Shown: piece after piece, positions 63,704 to 64,000 of the stretch | How the letters are laid out: each line of letters begins with the position of its first letter | How positions within the stretch are numbered: position 1 is the first letter of the stretch | The notes under the pieces: generated by a model | The model's input: the letters and a program-made list of their open reading frames with translations, nothing else | The model's database searches: none | What the model was told of the DNA's origin: nothing | Program-made: the position numbers and the translations under genes | Source: Camelus ferus | Taxonomy: Eukaryota | NCBI RefSeq assembly: GCF_009834535.1 | Contig: NC_045696.1 | Span: 104,906,001 to 104,970,000 of the forward strand | Direction: 5' to 3' | Length of the DNA stretch: 64,000 nt

Positions 63704-64000
63704 CTCTTAAAATACCATGAACTGCAAACTCAGTATTTTCTCTCATTCCCCAGCATTTCTGTGAGTCTCCTGAGTGTGATGGCTTGTCTTTTAGTTCTTG
63801 GCTCTAAGCCCTGATTCTTAAGCCCTCCCATACAGGGTCTGGAAGAAAGAATTTGGAGCATTCTGCAGCAGACAAGGGTGCCAGAAGTGCTGGCAGAGCA
63901 CACCGAACTGAGATTCCAGGACTGTGTGGGCTTAAACTGTCCTTACCTGACGACTTGGAACATCAGAGTAAGTGGTCTTCTAACTCCAGAAGCAGAGAAG

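Noticed and set aside
63469..63746. RKEG / SFLP repeat ORFs
   Set aside because: Translation of the GGAA microsatellite.

Overview
Non-coding mammalian genomic DNA, either a large intron or intergenic. It is most likely camelid (alpaca, llama or camel), judged from tRNA-derived SINEs resembling camelid vic-1 and cetartiodactyl-type L1 3' ends. No recognisable protein-coding gene, RNA gene, CpG island or prokaryotic system is present. The listed ORFs are either chance or derived from repeats. The window holds young L1 3' fragments (several with target-site duplications and 5' inversions), old L1M/HAL1, L2, MIR, MaLR/ERVL LTRs, DNA-transposon relics and microsatellites. Between these lie repeat-free AT-rich blocks rich in homeodomain/TALE motifs, which look like conserved enhancers. 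Five observations stand out. (1) Three inverted L1 insertions, two sharing a breakpoint and carrying short fold-back hairpins. (2) A candidate minus-strand spliced non-coding unit with a cluster of AG|GT recursive-splice-like sites. (3) A tail-only retro-insertion with an intact TSD. (4) A diverged duplicated module spaced 2.5 kb apart. (5) A candidate plus-strand terminal exon with a small ORF. Repeat family names are recalled from consensus sequences and boundaries are approximate; RepeatMasker/Dfam is needed to confirm them. I cannot support a claim of a new biological system.
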